From an uncultured Chloroflexia bacterium (GTDB lineage Bacteria; Chloroflexota; Chloroflexia; QHBQ01; JADMIH01), in NCBI GenBank assembly GCA_963797095.1, contig CAWCNY010000005.1, positions 640,001-704,000 on the forward strand: a DNA stretch of 64,000 bases. The letters run 5' to 3'. The notes under the pieces are model-generated. The model saw nothing but the letters and a program-made list of their open reading frames with translations, had not been told where the DNA came from and made no database searches. Positions 1 to 9,028 of the stretch are shown in pieces. The position numbers were made by a program, and so were the translations under genes. Numbering within the stretch: the stretch's first letter is position 1; every line of letters starts with the position of its first letter.

Positions 1-624
1 GGGACCGGCGAGGTTGGCGGCGATGAAGCCACCCTCGTTCTGGGCGGTGGCCTGGGGAAGCTGCTTTTTGGGCACGACGCGGGGGAGGGCTGCTACTTCG
101 GCTATGTTGAAGAAGACGAAGAAGATGCCCTCGATGAAGGCGTTGATGAGAAGCTGCCAGGGGGTGATCTTGTCGAGGGCAAAGGCGAGGGGGATGCTGG
201 CGATGTTGAGGGCGCGGAAAGTATCGCAGATGATCATGACGTGCTTGCGGTTCCAGCGGTCGATGAGAGCGCCTACGGGGAGGCTAATGAGGAGGTAGGG
301 GAGGGAGCCAAGAGCGGCGGCAAAACCGGCCAGGGCGGTATCGCCGGTGGGATTGGAGGCGCTGACGGTGATCGCCAGGATCAGGAGGGGGAAGACAATG
401 CCCGACATACCGCTGCCTACGGCTGAGATCACCTGACCGCTCCAGAGGAGCATGTAATCGCGGTTGAAGACTAGAGGGCGGAATTTCTCCTGTTGAGGTT
501 GGGGCTGTTCGGGCCGGGCATTTTCGGGGGCGGCCATCGCGGTATCGACGGAGACCGAGGAATGGATCGCTATGTCTTCTTGAAGCTGCTGCAAGGCAAC
601 CTGTTCTTGTTCGGTGGTGTCCAT
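1..624 (-). CDS. MFS transporter (3' end runs off window)
   Basis: Manual translation from ATG at 624: ...NRDYMLLWSGQVISAVGS...PVGALIDRWNRKHVMIICD... (MFS motif A); not in the ORF track because it is truncated. Confidence 0.85.
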   Translation of the reverse strand, partial: MDTTEQEQVALQQLQEDIAIHSSVSVDTAMAAPENARPEQPQPQQEKFRPLVFNRDYMLLWSGQVISAVGSGMSGIVFPLLILAITVSASNPTGDTALAGFAAALGSLPYLLISLPVGALIDRWNRKHVMIICDTFRALNIASIPLAFALDKITPWQLLINAFIEGIFFVFFNIAEVAALPRVVPKKQLPQATAQNEGGFIAANLAGP

Positions 625-729
625 GTTGGGTATTTCACTTCCTCTTGTGGTGACCGAGCAGGCTAGGCAAACCACCCGGTAATTTCGACTCATGTGTGCG
701 CTTTTTGGATTGGTACGCTCCCGAAGTTT

Positions 730-810
730 GATCCTGGAGAGCGAGATCCTTCGCTTCGCTCAGGATGACAAGGTCATCATGGGTTTGTTTCCTGACACAT
801 TTTCGTTAGC
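730..810. repeat. ~80-bp dispersed repeat, copy 1 (GAGATCCTTCGCTTCGCTCAGGATGACA core)
   Basis: Closely similar copy at 15072-15151. Confidence 0.75.
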
Positions 811-842
811 ACGGTGATCAGGATGAGAGGGGTAAGCCGGGG

Positions 843-2306
843 TCATTTTACGGCTTCCTGGGGGAGCGCCTGGGGCATCTGGGCGTCGGCAAGGATCTTT
901 TCTATGGGTTCGCCACGCTGGATGGCGACTTCGTCAAGGTACTTCTTGTCTTCCACCTTCAGGAGGTACTGGTTGAAAAGCTGGATGGTGGAGAAAAGAA
1001 CTACGATGCCGCCCAGGATGGCGAGGATCAGGCCGGGGTTGAAGGTAGCACCCGCGAGTCCGGCCAGGAGAGTGCCCACGGGAGCGGAGAACTGGGCGAT
1101 GACGCGCCTGACGGAGAAGACACGGCCCTGAAGGGCGCGGGGAACCTGGGTTTGCCAGATGGTCTGGGAGTGGGAGTTCATGACAGGGATGAGAGAGACC
1201 AGGGCAAAGCTCATGGCGGCGGAGAGGAGGATGGACGGGGAGAGGCCATAGACGATCTGGATTATCCCCGCCACGAGGATCGGGATTACGACGCCGTAAA
1301 CGCGCTTGCGCTTGAGGCCACCCCAGGTGCTCATTAGCACGCCACCGACTACGCCGCCGATGCTGCCGAGAGTGGTGATGAGGGCGAGGGCGGTCTCGAA
1401 GGTGAAGCCGAGATGCTGCCAGTCAGAGGCGAGGTTGAATTTAAGGAGGAGGGGGACGAAAAGCTCGACGGGGGCACTGGCGAAGTTGATCACGGTGAAG
1501 GTGGCGAGGAGCCAAAGCAAGGGAGGGCGACGCCTGATGTACATAGCGCCCTCTTTGATGTCGGCCCAGACGCTCTTTCTGATTTTGGTGCCATCCTCGG
1601 CGTGGAGGTCGGTGCGTTTGGGGGAGGGGATGTAGAGGAAGAGGAGGGTGGCAGCCGCGATGAAGAAGGTGACAGCATCGACGCCGATGGCGAGGGCCGC
1701 GCCGTCGGTGAGGGGGGCAAGCCAATCGGCGAAAGCGCCGGGTAGGAGGCCCTGCCGGGCCAGGGAAGGGAGGGCGATGATGCTGGCGGCGATGGCGGGG
1801 GAGAGAATGCCGGAGAGGGACCACATTGTTTGCATCATGCCGTTGGCGCGTGCCAGTTGTTTTTCGGACACTAGCATGGCGTAGGAGGTATCGAAAGCCG
1901 AGTTGTGGAAGACGCTGAAGCCCTGGAAGGCAGCGACCAGAAGGACAAGCATCCAGACATCGAGGACGCCTGTGAGGAGGAGGGTCATGAGAGTGAAGCT
2001 GAGGAGGCCATTGGTGGCGTCCACAAGCATCATGGTACGCTTGCGGTCGTGGCGGTCGGCCCAGGCACCCGCGATGGGGGCGAGGACGAGGGTGACGATG
2101 TAGGTGAGGGAGATGGCGGTGAGCGCGAAGGCTAGCTCAGGCTTCTGGGACTCCAGGGGGTATTTGGTCTGGGTGAGCCAGATAGTGACGGCGAACCAGG
2201 TGAGGGCGCTGCCGAAGACGGAGAGCGATTGGGTGATCCACACAATGAGGAAGGTGCGGAAGCCATTCGCAGGGGGCTGGTATTCTGTTGCGATTGGTGT
2301 GGACAT
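843..2306 (-). CDS. MFS transporter (DHA3/MefA-like)
   Basis: 487 aa, hydrophobic helices, AGAWADRHDRK motif A, LQGRVFS motif. Confidence 0.9.
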   Translation of the reverse strand: MSTPIATEYQPPANGFRTFLIVWITQSLSVFGSALTWFAVTIWLTQTKYPLESQKPELAFALTAISLTYIVTLVLAPIAGAWADRHDRKRTMMLVDATNGLLSFTLMTLLLTGVLDVWMLVLLVAAFQGFSVFHNSAFDTSYAMLVSEKQLARANGMMQTMWSLSGILSPAIAASIIALPSLARQGLLPGAFADWLAPLTDGAALAIGVDAVTFFIAAATLLFLYIPSPKRTDLHAEDGTKIRKSVWADIKEGAMYIRRRPPLLWLLATFTVINFASAPVELFVPLLLKFNLASDWQHLGFTFETALALITTLGSIGGVVGGVLMSTWGGLKRKRVYGVVIPILVAGIIQIVYGLSPSILLSAAMSFALVSLIPVMNSHSQTIWQTQVPRALQGRVFSVRRVIAQFSAPVGTLLAGLAGATFNPGLILAILGGIVVLFSTIQLFNQYLLKVEDKKYLDEVAIQRGEPIEKILADAQMPQALPQEAVK

Positions 2307-2457
2307 GCTTTTCCCTGTGAATTAGATAAGTATCTCAGTGGATCTACTTTAGCAAATCGGTGACGGGATCGCCATCGGTCCTCAGGCGTATTTAGCGATG
2401 GGGGTGCCGGGTGCCGGGTGCCGGGGAAGCCGACGGCTTCCCCGGAGAAGGTGCGCG

Positions 2458-3723
2458 TCAGGCGGCGGCTACCTCCTTTTCCTCGCGCATCTGGGATAGT
2501 GGCACCTGGCCGGGGTCGCGCAGGAGGCGCAGGGCCAGGAGACCGGAGATTATCACCAGGAGGCACATGGCTGCCATGAGGAAGACCACGTAGAGGTGGC
2601 CGCCGAGCACGGTTGCCAGCACCCGACCAAAGAGGAGGAGGAGCGCCTGGGTGGTGTTGATGGTGCCGAAGACGCGCCCGCGATAGCGATCCTGGGTGAG
2701 GCTCTGGAACATGGTGAGGGCTCCTACATCGAGGCCGACCAGGGGTATGCCGACTAGGACCAACAGAGCCAGGTTAAGGGGAAGGATGGGAATGGAGAAG
2801 ATGAGGAGGTCGACCACGCCAAAGAGGAGCAATCCATAGGAGACAAGCTGCCAGGCCTGGACTTTTTTGGAGACGAGGCCTATAAGGGCACCGCCCAGGA
2901 GTCCGCCGATGGCCTGGGCGGTCATGAGCCAGCCAAGCTCGACGGAACCGCCTTTGAGGGCGTCGGTGACGTAGACGGCGAAGAGGACGGTGATAGCGCC
3001 GTCGGCGAGCCAGACCATGGTGGCCAGGCTGAGGATGGTGGCGAGGGTGCGGTTGCTGCGTATTACTGTGAGGCCCTCCAGCCACTCGCGGATGAGGTTT
3101 CTGTAGTGGAAGGAGGGGGGTGGCTCATCTTCGGGATGCCCGACGCGGGTTATGTTGCGAGGCGCGCTGATCAGGAGAATCAGGCTTGCGCCTATGACGA
3201 AGCTGGCTACATCGAGTACTACGGAGAGGTGGAAGCCGAAGAAGGCGAAGACTACGCCACCAACGGCGGGGCCGATGAGGCGGGCCAGGTTGTTGTTGAG
3301 GGAGTTGAGGGCGTTGGCGGTGACGAGATCGCTTTCGCCTACGAGCTTGGGGAGGAGGGCGCTTTCGGCCGGATTGGAAAGCTGCCTGATTATGTTGGCG
3401 GTGATGGCAACCACATAGATCACCCAAACGTCGGCAGGGGTGTTGAAGAGGAAGAGGAGGGAGTAGACGGGGGCAAGCAGGAGGTTGGTTACTACGAGGA
3501 TCTGCTTGCGGTCCAACCTGTCGACGAAGACGCCGCCGAGGGAGCCGAGGAAGATGCCGGGGAGGGCGGCCACCACGAAGTAGAGGCCCATGGCGGCGAC
3601 GGAGCCTGTGAGGTAGAGGGTGTAGAGGGGGAGGGCTGTGAACATGACCCAGTCGCCCATGAAGGAGATGAGGCCGCCCCACCAGAGGAGGGCAAAGTTG
3701 CGTTGTCTTAGTACTGCGATCAT
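2458..3723 (-). CDS. MFS transporter
   Basis: Start reset to MIAVLRQRNFALLW (GGAG RBS upstream); GVFVDRLDRK motif; the upstream ORF extension is repeat-derived. Confidence 0.9.
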   Translation of the reverse strand: MIAVLRQRNFALLWWGGLISFMGDWVMFTALPLYTLYLTGSVAAMGLYFVVAALPGIFLGSLGGVFVDRLDRKQILVVTNLLLAPVYSLLFLFNTPADVWVIYVVAITANIIRQLSNPAESALLPKLVGESDLVTANALNSLNNNLARLIGPAVGGVVFAFFGFHLSVVLDVASFVIGASLILLISAPRNITRVGHPEDEPPPSFHYRNLIREWLEGLTVIRSNRTLATILSLATMVWLADGAITVLFAVYVTDALKGGSVELGWLMTAQAIGGLLGGALIGLVSKKVQAWQLVSYGLLLFGVVDLLIFSIPILPLNLALLVLVGIPLVGLDVGALTMFQSLTQDRYRGRVFGTINTTQALLLLFGRVLATVLGGHLYVVFLMAAMCLLVIISGLLALRLLRDPGQVPLSQMREEKEVAAA

Positions 3724-3783
3724 GGTGTTTCTCCGTGGATGGGGCCGACCCCTCGAATGTTGTTTCACATTGGGTGAGCAAAG

Positions 3784-3992
3784 ACCCCTCACCCCCGGCC
3801 CCTCTCCCCTTGTAGGGGCGAGGGGAGTTAATAATTGGTGAGGAGAGTTGTGGGGACACCCCCCAATCCCCCTGTCAGGGGAGGACCCCTGCACCCCCTT
3901 TCGTTGACGTGTAAAGGAGGGGTTGGGGGCACCCCTAATCTCCTGTCAGGGGACGCCGGGGTCTTTCAGGGTAATACCTCTGCACCCCCTCG
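3784..3992. repeat. Composite GC-rich palindromic repeat module, copy A, plus extra half-module
   Basis: CCCTCACCCCCGGCCCCTCTCCCC..GGGGCGAGGGGAG-TTAATAATT-..GGGGACACCCCCAATCCCCCTGTCAGGGGAG..CCCTGCACCCC; similar copies at 7373, 8666 and 12971. Confidence 0.8.
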
Positions 3993-3993
3993 G

Positions 3994-5133
3994 TTAGCGA
4001 CCGAGGCGGGTGATGGCGTCGAGGGCTTCCTGGGCTGACATTTCGCCGCGCTCTACCTTCTGGAAGATCTCTAGCTCGGCTTGCTGGCGAGAGACGTAAC
4101 CTTCGGGCTGGGTGCGGTCGCCGTAGCTTTCGTCTGAGCGGCTGAGGTCGGTGGTGAGGGAACCGGAGGTGCCATCGCCATCGGCCCTAGGCTGCCTGCG
4201 CGGGTTGATGTTGATGTCACCGCTGACGGTTGATACCTGGATGGTGAGGCCGCCGCCGCCGTTGACTTCGAGGGAGGTCTCGCGCCTGCCATTGGCCTGG
4301 TACTTGACCTTGTCGCGGGGGAAGCCGCAGGTTACGGAGCCGCTGACGGTGCGGGTCTCAAGCTTGAAGCCGGCATCGGCAGGGGTGAAGACGGTGAGGT
4401 CGCCACTGACGGTGCGTACCTCGAAGTCCTTTTCAGGGAGCTTGACCATGTCGAGTTGCAGATCGCCGCTGGAGGTGTGCATGCTCAACTCATCGAGTGA
4501 GAGGTCGCGGGTGCGGATGTCGCCGGAGGCGGTGCGCACGCCCATCTTGCCTTCGAGGCCGGCAACGGTTATGTCGCCGCTGGCGCTGCTGACCAGGAGG
4601 TTGCCGCCCACGTTCTTGAGGCCGAGGTCGCCGGAGCTTGTCTGGCAAAGGAGGGTGCCTGTGACACCTTCGATCTTGATATCGCCGCTGCTTGTGCGAA
4701 GGTTGAGGTGGCAATTGTGCGGTACTTTGATGTAGTAGTCGCGGCCACCACGCCAGTTGCCGAGGTTGATATCGACGTGGACGCCAAACCTGCTCATCCT
4801 GCGCATAGTGCGGTCGATGGCGCGCTCGATGTTCTTGCGCTCAAGGCTGGTGGCGGCCTTCGCCAGGTCTACGCCGAGGTCTTTCAGTTCCACGTCGCCG
4901 GGGTCACGGAAGTTGACTACTTTCTGACGGCCGGGGTTGTTCTTGATGGTGACGTTGGACCCTTCCTCGATTACATCGAAGTAACCATCGGGGTCGCTGA
5001 TCGATACTTCGATCTCCTGCTTGTCCCATGCTTCAACGTAAACGTCGCCGGTGGGCTGTTCGAGGTTGACGCGGGGGGTTTCGTCGAATTCCGCTGTGGA
5101 AATCGTCTGTGTGTATCCTTGAGTTTCTGCCAT
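3994..5133 (-). CDS. DUF4097 (Toastrack) beta-repeat protein with C-terminal SHOCT-like motif
   Basis: Repeated TSSGD/TASGD/TVSGD units; C-terminal ELEIFQKVERGEMSAQEALDAI; GGAGG RBS. Confidence 0.85.
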   Translation of the reverse strand: MAETQGYTQTISTAEFDETPRVNLEQPTGDVYVEAWDKQEIEVSISDPDGYFDVIEEGSNVTIKNNPGRQKVVNFRDPGDVELKDLGVDLAKAATSLERKNIERAIDRTMRRMSRFGVHVDINLGNWRGGRDYYIKVPHNCHLNLRTSSGDIKIEGVTGTLLCQTSSGDLGLKNVGGNLLVSSASGDITVAGLEGKMGVRTASGDIRTRDLSLDELSMHTSSGDLQLDMVKLPEKDFEVRTVSGDLTVFTPADAGFKLETRTVSGSVTCGFPRDKVKYQANGRRETSLEVNGGGGLTIQVSTVSGDININPRRQPRADGDGTSGSLTTDLSRSDESYGDRTQPEGYVSRQQAELEIFQKVERGEMSAQEALDAITRLGR

Positions 5134-5207
5134 TTTGTTTGCCTCCTAAAGTGATTTTTGTTAGTCAGGTAGATTGGTAATAGGTCGCGGGCGTGTGTGA
5201 AGCGCCA

Positions 5208-6218
5208 TCAAAATATACGTAGGGAGTATGTTCCTGCCGAGGCAAAGAACCTCTCTACCAGCCAGTTTTTCATAAGGGCAAAATAGCCGGGAGCGAAATC
5301 GAGATCGCTTCTTTCACGACGCTCTGCCCGCTCCTTGCGGCTGCCGGTCTCTGAAGTAAATATGCCGTGATCGGCTTCGGCAAATACTTTGAGGGTAAAA
5401 TCGGGGTTGCCCGCCGCCTGAAGCTCCTGCCTGAAAGCCTCCACACTGTGCAGGGCGGGGACCAGCTGGTCGGTTTCGCCCCAGATGCCGAGGAAGGGGC
5501 AGGTGACCTGGCGGAGCACAGGCCTGGGATCGTAGTCCATGATCTTGAGCATGAATGCAGCACCTTCGGGCGCAAGGTCGGGCAGATAGGGCATCCAGGG
5601 CTGGTCTTTGAGATGCTCGAAGTCGAGGGCCTGCATAATATCGGCGACGGAGAATCCATCGCGCAGCATGTTGAGGCCGGTGGAATAGAAGTGAACGGCG
5701 CGTTCGACATCTTCCTGGGGGAAGCCGTCGGCCCGAAGCTCGTGCTCGGCTCGGAATATCTCTTGATCGGCGGGGCTTATGGCCGGACCTGAGACGGCGA
5801 TTACGAAGGCGATATCGGCTGAGCGTGAGGCGGCGAGGGGTGAGACCCAACCGCCCTGGCTGATGCCCCAGAGGCCGACGGCGTCTTTCTTTATGTCGGA
5901 GCGGCTGCGAAGGTAGTGGACGGCGGCGATAGCTTCGCCGGCGCGGTCGTTGAAGTCCTGGTCGAGCCAATTGCCAGTGGAGTCGCCACAGCCCGGCTTA
6001 TCCCAGGTGAGGGTGGCGAACCCCGCACTTTCAAACATCTCGGCGAGGGCCATGAAGTAGGGGTCGGAGCGGACACCTGTGCCCGACCCCTCTACGATGG
6101 CTACCGCCGGGTGGGATCCCTCGGCATCGGGCAAGCAGATCATGCCTGCCAATTGCGTTTCGCCGTTCTCAAACATCACTTCTTCGGTACGCATTGTAGT
6201 TGTTCTCCTGGGTTCCAT
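5208..6218 (-). CDS. Alpha/beta hydrolase (serine aminopeptidase/S9-like)
   Basis: GISQGG nucleophile elbow, WDKPGCGDS, D..VP, ADH catalytic His. Confidence 0.88.
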   Translation of the reverse strand: MEPRRTTTMRTEEVMFENGETQLAGMICLPDAEGSHPAVAIVEGSGTGVRSDPYFMALAEMFESAGFATLTWDKPGCGDSTGNWLDQDFNDRAGEAIAAVHYLRSRSDIKKDAVGLWGISQGGWVSPLAASRSADIAFVIAVSGPAISPADQEIFRAEHELRADGFPQEDVERAVHFYSTGLNMLRDGFSVADIMQALDFEHLKDQPWMPYLPDLAPEGAAFMLKIMDYDPRPVLRQVTCPFLGIWGETDQLVPALHSVEAFRQELQAAGNPDFTLKVFAEADHGIFTSETGSRKERAERRERSDLDFAPGYFALMKNWLVERFFASAGTYSLRIF

Positions 6219-6291
6219 GTAAGGTGTGATACGTTACTAACTTTGCGGGTTTCAGAGTTGGTGGCTGGTCCGGTTAAGTGGTGGCTTCCAA

Positions 6292-6319
6292 GTAGGGCGA
6301 GGCATGCCTCGCCCCTACA
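6292..6319. repeat. GTAG-type REP-like palindrome
   Basis: GTAGGGCGAGGCATGCCTCGCCCCTAC; related sequences at 24401-24477 and 29896-29918. Confidence 0.65.
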
Positions 6320-6338
6320 GGGGCTTTGAAAGGATTAC

Positions 6339-6602
6339 CTAGACCAGAAGGCGCTGGACGCGGTTGATGCCGTACTCTTCCATCCTGTCGGCCAGGCCGC
6401 GGGGAGCGGGAGCGAGGGCGACGTGTGTCGAAGGGCAGGTGTTGTCGTCTTCGACGGTGGGGATGGCGGGAGCGGTTACCAGTTGAACCAGGAGCCATCT
6501 GCGCTTCTTGCCGGTGTTGAAGTGGAATGAGAAGCGCGAGCGGCGTATACCTTTGAGAGCTTCGTTGTTCTGGGCGATGGGGCCAATCAAATTCGTAATC
6601 AT
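6339..6602 (-). CDS. Small hypothetical protein (87 aa)
   Basis: Strong RBS (GAGGAGAAAGACA-ATG); co-oriented between DUF2089 and the hydrolase. Confidence 0.6.
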   Translation of the reverse strand: MITNLIGPIAQNNEALKGIRRSRFSFHFNTGKKRRWLLVQLVTAPAIPTVEDDNTCPSTHVALAPAPRGLADRMEEYGINRVQRLLV

Positions 6603-6665
6603 TGTCTTTCTCCTCTTATTTCCTCAGGGGTGCGTTCTGCACGGGTTGTGTGTTGCCTGTGACGG

Positions 6666-7172
6666 TTATCCGTAGATTTTCTTCATTGCCTCTGCGGCGC
6701 TGATCTTGCCGGCAGCCAGGTCATCGAGTATTTTTTGCCTTTGCTCGGCGGACATCCTGGGGGGAGTGGGCGAAGTGGGTGGGATTGCCGGAATGGGCGG
6801 GGCGGGAACTGTGGGTGCGGGCGGAGCCGGCATGCGAGGCATCTGGGGCTTGAGGACCTGGGCCTCATAGTATTCGTACTGATCGACTTCGCTAAGCTCG
6901 GAGTCGTTGACGTCGTATCCCATGGCTTTGACTACTTCGTTGAGGCGAGCGACGACGGTCGGGTACGAGATCTCGAGTTCGTCTTCAACGTCTTTGATCT
7001 TGCCTTTGCATTTCATGAAGACTTCGACGAAGGCGACCTGCTCAGGTGTGAGGGCCTGTAGTCTGCCGAGGCCGAACGCGCCATCGATGCCTGTGCCGCA
7101 AGTGCCGCACTGCAACCGGGTGACTGTAAGGGTGCTGTTGCAGATCGGGCATTTTCCTGGCATTTGATTCAT
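6666..7172 (-). CDS. DUF2089 family Zn-ribbon/HTH protein with SHOCT-like tail
   Basis: CPIC..CGTC, LEISYPTVVARLNEVV, Pro-rich linker, ILDDLAAGKISAAEA. Confidence 0.88.
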   Translation of the reverse strand: MNQMPGKCPICNSTLTVTRLQCGTCGTGIDGAFGLGRLQALTPEQVAFVEVFMKCKGKIKDVEDELEISYPTVVARLNEVVKAMGYDVNDSELSEVDQYEYYEAQVLKPQMPRMPAPPAPTVPAPPIPAIPPTSPTPPRMSAEQRQKILDDLAAGKISAAEAMKKIYG

Positions 7173-7233
7173 TTTTCACAACCTCCGCATTCAGATTATC
7201 AATTTTGGTTTCAATATTCTCAACTCTGCGGCC

Positions 7234-7262
7234 ATCATATCACAGGAAATTGAGTTTGTCAA
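7234..7262 (-). promoter_or_regulatory. Sigma70-type promoter of the DUF2089 operon
   Basis: TTGACA (7262-7257), 17-nt spacer, TATGAT (7239-7234). Confidence 0.7.
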
Positions 7263-7372
7263 GTGGTAAATTGAGAAATTTAAGATGAATGTCAATAATC
7301 TTCATCTATTCTTTGAGTTTGTTCAAGATTGGTTGCTATTCTTACACTTCCTTGACTTTTGGGGTCCGGGGA

Positions 7373-7488
7373 ACCCCTCACGCCAGCCCCTCTCCCCCGG
7401 TGGGGGAGAGGGGGTTAATAATTAGTGAGGGGAGTTGGGAGGACACCCCCAATCCTCCTCTCAGGGGAGTACTCCCTGCACCCCTTTG
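7373..7488. repeat. Composite repeat module, copy B
   Basis: Aligns by eye with copy A over ~115 bp. Confidence 0.8.
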
Positions 7489-7797
7489 CAGGGGGTTTGG
7501 GTGGTGGAGAGAGTAGAGGGTGGTCTGGTAATTGCTTGGGTGGGGAGGAGAGGAAAGGAGGGGTTTTGTGTGTAAGGTGAGCGCTAGTACTAATTCTATT
7601 GGGAATGAATACTTTTGGGCCGTTGCATTTTATTAGGTTCTGATATAACATATAGACACCGGGGGAGGGCCGGGTGCCACGATGTATCAAGGGCGTGTAT
7701 ATACCTCCGGGAATCCTCGTATTCGCGCTGGTGGGCGCACCGGCAATATAAATGCGACATAAATTAGGAAATCGGATAGAGAAGAGGAACCGCCAAT

Positions 7798-8607
7798 ATG
7801 CCAATTACCAGCACGAGAATGCCGATTATCGGTATCTCTACAATTGATGACCATGACGCGGCAGGGATGCATGCCCCGCGCTTCAGCCTGAACCAGAGTT
7901 ATGTGAAGGCTGTGGAGGCGGCAGGCGGCATACCGATCCTTATTCCTCAGTTGGAAGATGAAGGGGCGTTGCGCCGCATTTACGATATGCTGGACGGTAT
8001 TTTGTTTCCGGGCGGGTTGGATATTCACCCGAAGTTTTACGGGCAGGAGCCGCACCCGGCGCTTGACCCTACGGATATAGGGCTTGATTTTGTGGAGACT
8101 ACGATATTGCCGTGGGCACTGGACGACGACCTGCCTGTGCTGGGGATTTGCCGGGGCGAGCAGGTGATCAATGTGGTGATGGGCGGGACGCTGATCCAGG
8201 ATATTTACAGCCAGTACACGACCACTATTGACCACAGGGAGTCGTTCAAGAGGCGGATCAGGGATTTCCTGGCGCATGATATTGCTATTGACCCGGATTC
8301 GAGGCTGCGGACGCTGGTCGGGGAGGACCGCATATGGGTGAATACGTCGCATCACCAGGCTATTGATAAGGTCGCGCCCGGGTTGAAGGCAACGGCGTGG
8401 TCGCCTGACGGGATTGTGGAGGCGGTGGAAGCGCCTGACCGCCGTTTCTTGCTGGCGGTGCAGTGTCACCCCGAGGAGATGTGGCGCAAGCACCCGTGGG
8501 CGCGCAGGTTATTTAAGACGTTTGTGGACACGGCGTCGGATAGTATGGTTTCGCAGGGGCCGCACAGGTCGGCACTGCATTCTATGCAGGCTTTGCATTC
8601 GGCCTAA
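7798..8607 (+). CDS. Gamma-glutamyl-gamma-aminobutyrate hydrolase family (peptidase C26, class I GATase)
   Basis: PGGLDI, LGICRG catalytic Cys, VNTSHHQAI, VQCHPE. Confidence 0.92.
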   Translation: MPITSTRMPIIGISTIDDHDAAGMHAPRFSLNQSYVKAVEAAGGIPILIPQLEDEGALRRIYDMLDGILFPGGLDIHPKFYGQEPHPALDPTDIGLDFVETTILPWALDDDLPVLGICRGEQVINVVMGGTLIQDIYSQYTTTIDHRESFKRRIRDFLAHDIAIDPDSRLRTLVGEDRIWVNTSHHQAIDKVAPGLKATAWSPDGIVEAVEAPDRRFLLAVQCHPEEMWRKHPWARRLFKTFVDTASDSMVSQGPHRSALHSMQALHSA

Positions 8608-8665
8608 TGGGTTAGGCTCACCTTTTTTTGTTTGGGTATGCCCTAAGTTTGGGGTGCTTGCAAAG

Positions 8666-8990
8666 AGCCCTCACTCCCAGCCCCTCTCCCCTGCTAGGGG
8701 AGAGGGGAGTTAGTAATTAGTGAGGAGAGTTGGGGGACACCCCCGCCGCCCAGAGGGCACCCGCCCGGCAGGCAGTTCCGCCTGCACCCCCTTTAGCAAT
8801 CGCGCCTGAGAGCTGGGATACGCCCAAACCGCTCGGCAGACTTTTCTGCCTGCACCCATGTTGGTGGAGTGTAAAGGAAAGGTTGGGGACATTCCAGAAA
8901 CCCCCTGTCAGGAGGCGAAGTTCCCTGCATCTCTTTTTTGCCAATTGGGACCGCGAGTTGGGGGAAGTGTCCCAGATTCCCTTTCTGACC
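8666..8990. repeat. Composite repeat module, copy C, with tandem half-modules
   Basis: Same hairpin + TTAGTAATTAGTGAGGAGAGTT + GGGGACACCCCC..CCTGCACCCC; further CCCCCTGTCAGG unit at ~8900. Confidence 0.7.
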
Positions 8991-9028
8991 AGGGTGAAAG
9001 ATGGGGCGGATTGGGGTATATTAGGGGC

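Noticed and set aside
8858-9028. N-terminal extensions given by the ORF track for hutI (also MFS 3724-3894, pyrH 22342-22521, glcD 45242-45373, helicase 56660-56752)
   Set aside because: They translate intergenic repeats or terminators; better starts have an RBS or leaderless promoter.
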